Origin: Kiritimatiellia bacterium
GTDB lineage: Bacteria > Verrucomicrobiota > Kiritimatiellia > RFP12 > UBA1067
Direction of reading: 5' to 3'
Assembly (NCBI GenBank): GCA_045617985.1
Contig: JAZLJP010000041.1
Coordinates: 1,922-65,921, forward strand
Length of the DNA stretch: 64,000 nucleotides
The position numbers and the translations under genes are program-made. Below, piece after piece: positions 43,183 to 53,300 of the stretch. The first letter of the stretch is position 1. The number at the start of each line of letters is the position of its first letter. The notes under the pieces are model-generated. The model did no database searches, was not told the origin of the DNA, and worked only from the letters and a program-made list of their open reading frames with translations.

Positions 43183-45582
43183 ATGACACACGATTCCGAC
43201 ATCGAACTCCTCGCTCCGGCAGGATCCTTTGAAACCGCGCTCGCCGCGTTCGCGGCCGGCGCCAACGCCGTCTACCTCGGCCTCGCGAGTTTCTCCGCCC
43301 GCGCCGAAGCCGTGAACTTCACGCCGGACGAGCTGCGCGACCTCATCGCCTACGCCCGCGCCGCCACCCCGCGCCGCGCCGTGTACGTGACGTTCAACAC
43401 GGTTCTCGACGACGCACAGCTTCCCGCCGCGATCGAAACGCTCGCCCTCCTCGACGAGCTACGGCCCAACGCGCTCATCGTTCAGGATCTCGGTGTCGCG
43501 CGCCTCGTGAAGCGCCACTTCCCCCATCTCGCCCTTCACGCCTCCACCCAGCTCGTCGCCCACAACCTCGAAGGCGTGCTCGCCCTGAAGGAGCTCGGCT
43601 TCACCCGCGTCGTCCTCGCACGCGAACTGCCGCTTGAGGATATCCGCTCGATCGCCCTCCGCAGCGGCGTAGAAATCGAAGTGTTCGTGCACGGCGCCCT
43701 TTGCTATTCCCTTTCCGGGCTCTGCCTTTTCTCCGCGATGGAAAAGGACCGCAGCGGCAACCGCGGCAAATGCGCCTACTGCTGCCGCCTCGCCTACACG
43801 GACGCCCTCGGCGCGCGCGCGCTCCCCTTTTCGATGCGCGACTTGCGGCTCGACGATTCGCTCGCCGCCCTCCGCGACGCCGGCGTCGCCTCGCTCAAGA
43901 TCGAGGGCCGCATGAAGTCCGCCCTCTACGTTTCCACCGTCACCTCGCACTACCGCGAACTTCTCGACGGCCGCCCCTCCACGACGACGCGCGCCGATCT
44001 CGAAACGGTGTTCTCGCGCCGCACCACCCAGCTCTACTTCGCCGGCTACCCGAAGAGCGCCACGCACCAATCGCCCACGAACGTCATCGACCCCTCTTCG
44101 CTCGGCCACCTCGGCACCCCCATCGGCACCGTGAAGCGCCTCACGAAAGACCGCGAAGGACGCACCTGGCTGCGCCTTCATACTTCGCGCGCGCTCGAGC
44201 GCCACGACGGTCTCCAGTTCCTCGCCGAAGGCGGCAAGCCCTTCGGTTTCGGCATCACCGATCTCCGCGTGGCTCTCTCGCGCACCACCGTCTTTTCCGT
44301 GCGCGCCGGAAGCGATGTCGAAATCCTCGTTCCTTCGGTGCGCCCGGGCGACAGGGCCGCCGTCGATCCGCTCACGCACATCGTTCCCGGCGCGACGGTG
44401 TTCTGCTCGGCCTCGAACGAAGTGAAGCGCCGCTTCCCCGTGCCCTCTTTCCGTCCAAGCGACTACGAGGCCGGCACCCCGATCGATCTCACCGTCACGC
44501 TCGCACCAAGCGGCATCTCCCTCGTCGCGCGCGTCCCCGACCTCGCTCTGGAAGCGACGCATTCCGTTCCGCTTGCGCTCACGCCCTCGCAACATCCCGA
44601 ACGTACCGAAGAGGCCGTGCGCCGCGCCTTCGCGCGCCTCGGCGGCACGAACTGGTCGCTCGGCGCGTTCACGCTTGTCGATCCGGGCCACCTCTTTGCG
44701 CCCGCCTCCATGCTCAACGACGCCCGCCGCCTCCTCGTCGAAAAGCTCGACGCCGCCCGCCTCGCCGCACGCGCCGCCACCGTGAGGGACGCGCTTCTGG
44801 ACATTCGTAGCGCCGCTCCCGCCCCCTCCACCGCCGCCCGGGAGGACGCGCTTCTGCGCGTTCGCGACCTCCCGCCGCCGCCCGCGCGCGTTCTCAAGCT
44901 GCGGCTCGACCAGGCCCTCCCCGAGGACGCAACCTCCTACGACGAACTCGTCATCGCGCTCGGCCATCGCTCCGGAAAGGACGCCGAGGCCGCTCTTCTC
45001 GCACGCGCCTCCGCCCTTCGCGCCCAAGCCGAAGCGGCGGGCGACGCCGCCCCCGCCCTTCGCCTCGCGCTCCCCGTCTTCACCCGCGAACGTGAATTCA
45101 ACGCGCTCCGTACAACCGTGAAACACCTCGTAAAAGCCGGCCTCACCGCCTGGGAAGCGGCCGACCTCGCGACCCTCCGCCTCCTCCGCACACTCGGCCT
45201 CGACGACCTCACGGCGGATTGGACGCTCTACGGCTTCAACTCCGCCGCCCGCGCCACCCTCGCCGAACTCGGCGTGAAACGCGTCGTCCTTTCGCCCGAG
45301 AATTCGTTCGAAAATCTCACGGCCGCCGCCGCCGAACACACGCCGCTCCCCGCGCCCGAATTCCTCGACCGTCAATCGACCCCGCTCTTCCTTTCGCTCA
45401 CGCGCCCCGCAACAGACGCTCCCTCACACCTCACCGGCCTCAAGGGCGATGAGTTCACGAGCTTCGCGATCGACGACCTCTGGGTGACAACCCGCCTCGC
45501 CCCCCGCACGTTCCCGGTTCCCGAGACCGCACAGACCATTCGCACCGATCTCAGCTGGAACGCTGCGCCGATACCCTCTTAA
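43183..45582 (+). CDS. U32-family peptidase with a long C-terminal extension
   Basis: IELLAPAGSFETALAAFAAGANAVYLG, then EVFVHGALCYSLSGLCLFS...RSGNRGKCAYCCR, which is the U32 signature region. 799 aa. Confidence 0.8.
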   Translation: MTHDSDIELLAPAGSFETALAAFAAGANAVYLGLASFSARAEAVNFTPDELRDLIAYARAATPRRAVYVTFNTVLDDAQLPAAIETLALLDELRPNALIVQDLGVARLVKRHFPHLALHASTQLVAHNLEGVLALKELGFTRVVLARELPLEDIRSIALRSGVEIEVFVHGALCYSLSGLCLFSAMEKDRSGNRGKCAYCCRLAYTDALGARALPFSMRDLRLDDSLAALRDAGVASLKIEGRMKSALYVSTVTSHYRELLDGRPSTTTRADLETVFSRRTTQLYFAGYPKSATHQSPTNVIDPSSLGHLGTPIGTVKRLTKDREGRTWLRLHTSRALERHDGLQFLAEGGKPFGFGITDLRVALSRTTVFSVRAGSDVEILVPSVRPGDRAAVDPLTHIVPGATVFCSASNEVKRRFPVPSFRPSDYEAGTPIDLTVTLAPSGISLVARVPDLALEATHSVPLALTPSQHPERTEEAVRRAFARLGGTNWSLGAFTLVDPGHLFAPASMLNDARRLLVEKLDAARLAARAATVRDALLDIRSAAPAPSTAAREDALLRVRDLPPPPARVLKLRLDQALPEDATSYDELVIALGHRSGKDAEAALLARASALRAQAEAAGDAAPALRLALPVFTREREFNALRTTVKHLVKAGLTAWEAADLATLRLLRTLGLDDLTADWTLYGFNSAARATLAELGVKRVVLSPENSFENLTAAAAEHTPLPAPEFLDRQSTPLFLSLTRPATDAPSHLTGLKGDEFTSFAIDDLWVTTRLAPRTFPVPETAQTIRTDLSWNAAPIPS

Positions 45583-48500
45583 CGCAGGAAAATCGCCGTT
45601 CCGGCGCTATCGACGCGCAAACGCTGGTTGCGCACCGTAATCGCAAGCCCCGCGCGTTCCTCGCCGTTCACGACGACCTTCCAGTCCCTGAACGAGCCTG
45701 CGGCATTCTGTACGACAAGCGGCAAGGTGAAGTGCGAGCCGAGATCTTCAGGCGCGTTCACCACCTCCAAGACGCCCCCCGCCTGCGTCGCAAGAAGCGT
45801 CACCGTGCCCGCACTCGTCCAATCCACCTTCACGCCCGCCACCTTCAGCTGCGGCGTGGAGACGGCCAAGGTCGCCCCCTCCGCCACCTCCACCATGCCA
45901 AGCATGCCCGCTTCATCGCTCGCGGGCGAGGCGAGCGGCACGAGCGGATACGCGCTGCCCCCGTTGAAGGCCGTCGTCACCGTGTGGGGCGTTGCGGCGT
46001 TCGCGCGCGCATCCACCGTCATCCAATTCACGCCGTCCGCACTCGCTTCGAGTTTCCACGTGTTCGGATTGCGCTGCCAGAAATTGGCGGCATGGATCGT
46101 CGTTGTAAGCAAATAGCCCGTCACGGGCGCGGCCGCATCCGCCAGGCGCATGGTGACGACAAGCCACGTATCCGCCTTGTCCGGCGCATTGAGCTTATGA
46201 TCCGTCACGCACCATTTCGTTTGCGGATTCCCGTCAAATAGCTTATCCACCGTTTCGCCATTGCCATGAGCATACCCTTTCGCCTGGGCAAAGGTGCCAG
46301 CCCTGAGCGCCGTCGCCGCCGTGCCGTCGCTCATCATCTGCAAGCCCTGGTTCACCCGGTTTCCGGCGGCATCGAAGAGGGAGAGTTCGGAGGTTTCCAT
46401 GATTTCATTCGACTCCGTCTTCTGGAACGACATGCGGAACCACTTCCAGCCGTTGGAGGGGAACGGCGCCACCGAGAGGCGGCCGCCCGCCACGCGCAAA
46501 TCGCCCGCGAAGTTCGGCGTGCCCACGAGCGCGGCCTCGCCCGCGCCGCTCTTGACGATCGTGCCCGAGCCGATGACGGACGCATTCGCGAAACCGTCCG
46601 TGAGGCGCAGCTCGCCGCCGTTCGTGAGGGCAAGCGTCTCCACGTTCACACCGGCCGCCTTGAGCGGCATGCCGTCCATCGTGAGCGACGAGCCCGGCGC
46701 GCCCCACACGTTCACCGGGGTGTTGGCGGAGGGAATGTCAAACGGCCCCGCCCAGGTCCAGCGCGCCGCCGGCGCCGTGAAATTGAGGCGTTTGTCGAGG
46801 GTCACCCAGGTTTCGCCGTCGTTGCTGCCCTGCAGGAGCCAGTCCGCCGGGTCGCGCGACTCTTTCGTCCCAGCCCCCATGTTAGACGTCGCCCAGTTGT
46901 AGGAGGTCACGCGCTGGGGCTCGGCGTAGTCGATCTGCAGGCGAATGAGGCCCTTGTTCGCCGCCGCCTTCGTGGCCGCGCAGCGGAAGTCGAGATACTT
47001 CGTCGAGAGCGAACCGTCGAGCGCATACTTCGGCTGTTCGGCCGTCGGGGAATTGCTGTCGGCATTGTTCGCCTGCGTCGAGGAGAAGCCGCTGCGCTTC
47101 CCGGTTACGTCTTCATCGCCGTCCATCAGCTTCAATTCGGCGAACTCCATGCTGTTGCAGGCGGAACCGCACGCACGCAGCACCACGAACCGATAGTGGC
47201 GATAGACGGGGGCACGGCACACCGCCGCGCCCGCGAGGACGAGATCGCCGCCAAACGACCCGTTCACCGTGAGCGTGCCCGCGCCTTCCTTGCGAAGCGC
47301 CACGTTCGTGACCGGCGCAAAACCAAGCTCGGCATCTCCGTCGCCGCGGCCCACCACGACCGTCGCCTTCGTTGCCGAGGTGTTGACGAGCGCGCCATTG
47401 TCGTAGGCGGTGTTGAAGACTACGGTATGGCCGTTAAGGTCGAGCGTGGCCGGATACTCGGCACGCACGTCGCCCGTGTTCACCCCCGTCGGGAACGCCA
47501 CATCCGAAGTGAACGTGGTCGTACCGGCCGTGAAGCGCGTATCGCCCGCGTATTCAAGCGTTGTCGACGTTCCAAGACCGAAGTTGAGAGCACCTGCACC
47601 CGTTCGCGTGAAACCGCCCTCGCCCATAAAGCGCGCCGTCACCGTATTGCCCGACATGAAGGTATTCGCATTCGCCGGGAAATCGAAGACGATGTCGTGC
47701 CCCGCCGGGGCGATGAAATCCATCCTGCCGTTCTGGTTAAGCGAGAGAAAGTTCTTACCGGATCCCGTGGCCGAGACGCGGCCGCCCGCGAACACCATCT
47801 GCACGACAGGATCGTCGTTCTTGGAGAACTGGGCCACCTTGAGCGAAGTCCCTTCGCCGAGCGTGATTGCGGCACGCACGGTTTCACGATCGGCGCCGTC
47901 AACCGGCCCGTAGGGCGTGAAAGTGAAGGTATTGCCCGTCACCGTCGCGCCATCCTGCAAGACGAGCGCCCCCGTCGTCATCCGGCGCGCCTCCCCCACG
48001 TCGCCCGCAAGAGTGATGTTGCCGAGGTTCATCGTGGCGTTGGAGACGACGAGCGTACCCGCATCGCCGCTCTTGCCCACATAGGTTGTGCCCGTCACCT
48101 TCACCGTTCCGCTCGTCACGGCAAAAGTCGCCGCCGTTTCGCCGGCGCCAGCAACGTCGAGAGAGGCGAAGCTCGCCGTCGCGCCCGGCTCCACGGAAAG
48201 GGCCGCGCTCGCGGGATCGAGCGACACCGCTCGCCCGTCCGTGAAGTGGGCCGTACCCTTGCCCGCCACAGAGAGCGGCGCATTCCCTAGCCCCGTATTG
48301 GCGAGGTTGAACGTGGTTCCCGCAAGCGTCGTCACCAGGAACGGATGCGCGGGCGAAATCGCGCCCGGCGTCACCACGCCGGTCAGCGTCGCGGTGCCCG
48401 CAGCCGGCCCCATCAACTGCGTATCGTAATAGAACGCGTTCAGGCCAACGAGGTCGAGATCCTGCGCCATGTCGAAGTTCACCTGGAAGACCGCCTTCTC

Positions 48501-50258
48501 GGCAGGTGCCTCTTCCCAGGTGATTTTCTCGATATCGGCCGGCGAACACACGAGAAAATGCGCACCGGCGGCCACACGAAGCGTTTGATCGGTGGCAAGG
48601 GGGTTTTTAAGGTAGAGCGTGCCTTCGTCGACAAAGACCGTGGTCGCGCCAACGATCTCACCGAGAACGACCAGCGTGCCCGCGCCCGTCTTGTGGAATT
48701 CGGAAGGTCCGGTCTGCCCCTCGGCCGGCGTCACCTGAATGGGACTTTCAACCTGCGCCGTCACTCCATCAGGAACACCCACCGAACCGCGCCCTTCTAC
48801 GGCCACGCGAGCAAGGTTCTTAATCGACCCCGAGGAAAGGTTGAGGGTTCCGCCCGTCAATTTGAGCACGCTCAGATTCGCCGATGCCGCATCGTAGGGC
48901 GCAACGCCAGGTGCCGTCACCACGCCGCCCGCCAGGATGTCGAGCGTTCCCGTTCCGCCCTTTTCGCCGAGATTCAAAATAGCGGTCGTCGTGAGCGAGC
49001 CCGCCACCGTGCCCGTGCCCGTACCGCTGTTCGGCCCGAGAATGACCCGTGAGCACGTCACCGTGCCGCCTTGATCGATTTGCAGTGTACCCATACCGAA
49101 ATAGTCGCCGAAACGCAGCCAGCTGGTCGAATCGACCGTGCCGCCGGCAGCGACGACAAGCCGCCCAGAGCCGCCCGGCCGCGGCCCGAACGCGAGCGAG
49201 GTCGTGGCAACGATAGTCCCACCTTCTCCCACCGTCAACCCGCCCACGTTCCCCGCGCCATAGCCAAAGGTTTGGTAATTAAGAACATCCGAAAAGGTCA
49301 GCTTGCCGTTCTGCACCGTGAGGAAACCGTTGTCGGCCTGCACGCCGTTGACGGTTGTCGTAACCCCGTCCAGAACGAGCGGCGTCGCACCGGCCACATC
49401 AAGCGTTTGATTGCCAGCGAAGGTCTGCCCCTTCCACGCGCCATCTTTCCAATACGGCGCAAGCGTGGTCACATCGCGCTGGAAGACGGCGTTCTCCTCT
49501 TCGAAGTTCGCGAGCACCTGCGCCGCCGTGAGGCAGCCATCGTGCACGCGCACCTTGGCGATGTCGCCCACGAATCCGTTCGTGTAGGTTTTCGACGAAC
49601 GGCTCCACACGCCGCCCACCGTGCAGAAGGCGGTATCGCTCGAGAGGTTCAACGTCTGCCACACCGACGAGACGCGCCGCCCGTCCACGTAGAGGCAGGT
49701 GTTCGTGCCGTCGACCGTATTGACGAGGTAATGCCATTCGCCGGGCGTCGGGTACGTCACCCCCGCCGGTGCATTGGCTCCCGTCCGACCATACCACGTG
49801 AGGTTGCCGTTACCATAATATTCTACGGCGTTCTTGACATCCGTCGAATAGCGCATTTCGCACACCGTGCCGTTGTTGTTGCTGAGGCCCTCGCGCGCCG
49901 TCGTCGCGAACATCGTATGCGTGCCTGTGGGCGTAGAGGAACACACCCAGAGTTCGATGGAGTAGTCGTTTGCGCCGAGAATGCCGTTGGGCGTCGCCAC
50001 CGGGCACCGGAGCGCCGTCCCCGCGCCGTTGAAGCGCACCACGGGAATGCCGCCCCGCGTCTGGCGCGTGGGCGGTGTGGACGCATTGACGGCCTCGAAG
50101 TCGCCGAGCGTGTTCCCGCCGTTCCAGGAAAGGACCCCTGCCCCGTCGGCGAGCGCGAGCGTAGAGGCATCGAGTTCGACAATCATATTTCCCGCCCGTT
50201 CCAGTCCCCACGCGAACAAAACAGGCATAAGACAAACCGACAGAACAAGTTTCTTCAT
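45579..50258 (-). CDS. Giant secreted protein (1,559 aa): LamG-like N-terminal domain, autotransporter-associated beta-strand (PATR-like) repeats and two discoidin-like modules
   Basis: Signal peptide MKKLVLSVCLMPVLFAWG, with GGGAGG upstream. Repeated K(T/S/E)GAGTL.. motifs are followed by GTLYLKN-type strands. The discoidin-like assignment (YRHYRFVVL..MEFAELKL, WKWFRMSF..TSELSLF) is tentative. The protein ends in GTAIFLR. Confidence 0.75.
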   Translation of the reverse strand: MKKLVLSVCLMPVLFAWGLERAGNMIVELDASTLALADGAGVLSWNGGNTLGDFEAVNASTPPTRQTRGGIPVVRFNGAGTALRCPVATPNGILGANDYSIELWVCSSTPTGTHTMFATTAREGLSNNNGTVCEMRYSTDVKNAVEYYGNGNLTWYGRTGANAPAGVTYPTPGEWHYLVNTVDGTNTCLYVDGRRVSSVWQTLNLSSDTAFCTVGGVWSRSSKTYTNGFVGDIAKVRVHDGCLTAAQVLANFEEENAVFQRDVTTLAPYWKDGAWKGQTFAGNQTLDVAGATPLVLDGVTTTVNGVQADNGFLTVQNGKLTFSDVLNYQTFGYGAGNVGGLTVGEGGTIVATTSLAFGPRPGGSGRLVVAAGGTVDSTSWLRFGDYFGMGTLQIDQGGTVTCSRVILGPNSGTGTGTVAGSLTTTAILNLGEKGGTGTLDILAGGVVTAPGVAPYDAASANLSVLKLTGGTLNLSSGSIKNLARVAVEGRGSVGVPDGVTAQVESPIQVTPAEGQTGPSEFHKTGAGTLVVLGEIVGATTVFVDEGTLYLKNPLATDQTLRVAAGAHFLVCSPADIEKITWEEAPAEKAVFQVNFDMAQDLDLVGLNAFYYDTQLMGPAAGTATLTGVVTPGAISPAHPFLVTTLAGTTFNLANTGLGNAPLSVAGKGTAHFTDGRAVSLDPASAALSVEPGATASFASLDVAGAGETAATFAVTSGTVKVTGTTYVGKSGDAGTLVVSNATMNLGNITLAGDVGEARRMTTGALVLQDGATVTGNTFTFTPYGPVDGADRETVRAAITLGEGTSLKVAQFSKNDDPVVQMVFAGGRVSATGSGKNFLSLNQNGRMDFIAPAGHDIVFDFPANANTFMSGNTVTARFMGEGGFTRTGAGALNFGLGTSTTLEYAGDTRFTAGTTTFTSDVAFPTGVNTGDVRAEYPATLDLNGHTVVFNTAYDNGALVNTSATKATVVVGRGDGDAELGFAPVTNVALRKEGAGTLTVNGSFGGDLVLAGAAVCRAPVYRHYRFVVLRACGSACNSMEFAELKLMDGDEDVTGKRSGFSSTQANNADSNSPTAEQPKYALDGSLSTKYLDFRCAATKAAANKGLIRLQIDYAEPQRVTSYNWATSNMGAGTKESRDPADWLLQGSNDGETWVTLDKRLNFTAPAARWTWAGPFDIPSANTPVNVWGAPGSSLTMDGMPLKAAGVNVETLALTNGGELRLTDGFANASVIGSGTIVKSGAGEAALVGTPNFAGDLRVAGGRLSVAPFPSNGWKWFRMSFQKTESNEIMETSELSLFDAAGNRVNQGLQMMSDGTAATALRAGTFAQAKGYAHGNGETVDKLFDGNPQTKWCVTDHKLNAPDKADTWLVVTMRLADAAAPVTGYLLTTTIHAANFWQRNPNTWKLEASADGVNWMTVDARANAATPHTVTTAFNGGSAYPLVPLASPASDEAGMLGMVEVAEGATLAVSTPQLKVAGVKVDWTSAGTVTLLATQAGGVLEVVNAPEDLGSHFTLPLVVQNAAGSFRDWKVVVNGEERAGLAITVRNQRLRVDSAGTAIFLR

Positions 50259-50293
50259 GCATGACCTCCCAGTTGATTAAAATCGTCGCGCTC

Positions 50294-50328
50294 GATCTGC
50301 CCCCGCAGAACAAACGCGAGGGCAGATC
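50294..50328 (-). terminator. Stem-loop between the two giant exoprotein genes (weak terminator candidate)
   Basis: GATCTGCCC (50294-50302) pairs with GGGCAGATC (50320-50328) around a 17-nt loop, 10 nt after the stop of the 1,274-aa gene. No clear U-tract follows. Confidence 0.3.
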
Positions 50329-50337
50329 ACAAGGGCC

Positions 50338-53300
50338 TCAGCGAAGGATGATCTTCGTGCCACGTACGACATTGAGGAAAAGGCCTTGATCCTCAAGCTT
50401 GATCAGACAATACTTCGCGTCGTCGCCCGTCAGAGCGAACTCCACCCCCTCGGGGATCGCCGACCAGGCAATGAGCTGATCGCCGTTACGAGGCCGCCGC
50501 GAACCAAGATTTACCGTCACCGTTGACCCCGTCTGGAACGTGAGATCCGTACTGTCGAAGGCTCCGGTGAAGAGCGCGAGGTCAAGCGCCGTCTCCAGAT
50601 CCGTTGCCGTACCAAGCGTTACGATTGGATGCACCGCCTTCGAGCCGGAGGTCGTGTTCAGATTCGGCGCGTAGGTATTCCGCACGACAAACTGCGGCCG
50701 CGTATCCCACGGATTGTTGAAGGAACCGGTTTCCGTGAAGATGAGCGACTTGACGGTAGAGAGCGCCCCGTCATGCTGCTGTAGCGTGCCGCGTACTTCC
50801 ACTGTCGCATCGCTCGCCGCAGACGACGACGTATAGAATTCCACTGTGCAGTTGTTCGTGATTACGACCATACCCTCACCCGCATACGCCGTATTGACGG
50901 TGTAAAGCGACGGCCCCGCAAAGGTGAGCGTATGGCCGTTGAGGGTCATCGTGTTCGCGGCGTTGTTGTAGGCCATCACACCCCAGGTCTGCGTACCGCC
51001 GATCACCGCATCGGCGCCGAGGGACAGGTTGCGCACATAACCCGCGTTGCTGGCGGTCCAGGGACTGGAAACGGAAGCGGAGTTGACCAGCGCGCCCGAG
51101 CCGTCCGGCCCCGTACCCGCAATTTCATAGTCGTAGTACGAGTAGCTGCGTCCGTTCACATCGAACTGGCCGCCGTCTTCCACGGCAATGCGCGCATATT
51201 GCGTACCGCATGTCGCGTCATTCGCATTCGCGGACTTCACGACCACGCCTTCCTTGACGATAAGCGACTCCCAGCCGGCAATGGCGTTCGCGGCGCCGAA
51301 GCCGTTGTTGACCTTCGACATGACAAGCCTGCCCTTACCGCTCTTCCACACCTGAAGGCTGGCGCCGCCACCCAAGAGAAGCCCCGCCGTCGTCATCTCC
51401 TCCCCTTCGGGTACGACAAGTTCAAGAATGCTCTTGCGATTCACATAGTTCGCCACGGGCACAACCGAAACGTTCTCAAACGAGTTGCCCGTATTATTGT
51501 AATTCTCCCCGTGGCCGATGGTCAGGGTATACGTGCCGGGATTCAAGTGTTTGGTATACGTTTGTGTTTGATTGTGCCATGACGCCTCGGCCCGATAGAG
51601 ATCCTGGCCGGCCAAAGAAGCAAAACCGACGCTTCGCATCCAGGCAGAAGACCAGCTCTTCGACGAGACGCCGAAGGAGACTTTATAGTCGCCCTCCTGG
51701 ACGATCGTAAAAGTTTGCGAGGCCGACTGCCGACTCCCGAAATAAAGGCGGTTGGAATTATTTCGGTCGTCATACGCATAGTCAACACTATTGTTGAGGA
51801 GCAGACACCCCCCCGACACGACCCAGCCCTTCGGCGCCAATGACACGGCCGAGCCTGAAGCGATAACGTCGGTATCAAAACCGCCATTGGCAATGAAATC
51901 GCCGCTTGACGTAACTGCGCCCGTTCCCAGGAACTTGCCCAGCTTGAGATGGCTGCCGGCGAGGGTGATCACATGGCCATCCATATTGAAATCGAACGCC
52001 GTCCAATCGGCATCCGCCGTTAGAACGCTATTCGTCTCCAATGCCACGCGCTTCGCCTGCGCGAGGAGCGAGGTGACCTGGCCGAGCGCCTGATATTCGG
52101 CATCCGTCGAGAAGCGTACTTCAACATCCCCCGTCACGCCCTCCTCCCAGGTCGTAACCGGCTTGCCGGACATGGAGAAGAAGGACCATTCCCCCGTCGA
52201 CGGGGTAATCTTTGCGTATGCCGGGATGGCGGCGATGTAGAGGCCGTCGTCCTTCGCCTTAAGCGAGAAATCTTCCGCCGCGACGCCCGCGATGTGGAAA
52301 TCCTCCACCGCGGGCTTCTGAGCCCAAGCGACAACCTTCTCGCCATCGTTGAACGTTCGCGAACCGAGATTCACGGTCACGATCGACCCCGGCTGGAACG
52401 TCAGCGTTGAACAATCGTAGACACCGGCGTGAAGCGAAAGGTCGAGCGTCGTATTCAGGTCAGTCGCCGTGCCGAGCGTCACGGTGGGCTGCATCGCGAG
52501 CGACGAGGCTGCCGTATTCACGTTTGGCGCGTAGGTATTCCGCACGACAAACTGCGGCCGCGTATCCCACGGGTTGTTGAACGACCCCGTTTCCGTGAAG
52601 ATGAGCGACTTGACGGGGGTGAGCGCATTGCCGTGCTGCTGCAGCGTGCCGCGAACTTCCAATGTCACGTCCCGCGCCGAGGGCGTTGCATTGTAATATT
52701 CCACCGTACAGTTGTTCGTGATGACAACCGTCCCCTCGCCCGAGTACGACATGTTGCCGCCGTAAAGCAACGCACCCGAATAGGTGAGCGTGTGGCCGTT
52801 CAGGGTCATCGTGTTCGCACCGTAATTGTAGAAGATCGTGCCCCAGCTCTGGGAACCGCCGATGGTCGCATCCGCGGTCAGCTCGATGTTGCGAAGGAAA
52901 CCATCCGTACTCTGCCGCCAGGGGTCCGTCACACCATTCGCCGCATGGTAGAGCGCACCGGCGCCGTCCGGTCCCGCGCCGGCGATTGCATAGTCGTAGT
53001 CCCAATATTCGCGCCCCGTCACCTCGTATCGCGCCCCGTCCTCAACGCCGATACGCGAATATTGCACGCCGCATGTCGCACTGGTCGTCGCTTTCGTCAA
53101 TATGCCTTCCTTGACGACAATCGACTCCCATCCGGCAATGGCGTTCGCCGCGCCGAACCCGTTGTTGAGTTTCGACATGACAAGCTTGCCCTTACCGCTC
53201 TTCCACACCTGAAGGCTGGCGCCTCCCCCCAGGAGAACGCCCGTATTCTCCACCACTTCCCCTTCCGGGACGACGATTTCGAGAATGCTCGTGCGATTGA

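Noticed and set aside
34896-45375. ORFs 34896..36263(+), 36828..38699(+), 38461..39834(+), 39846..41126(+), 41372..42508(+) and 43459..45375(-)
   Set aside because: All are antisense to genes with strong family signatures (phosphoesterase, galU, M18 peptidase, ABC components, U32 peptidase). Their translations are Arg-rich low complexity.
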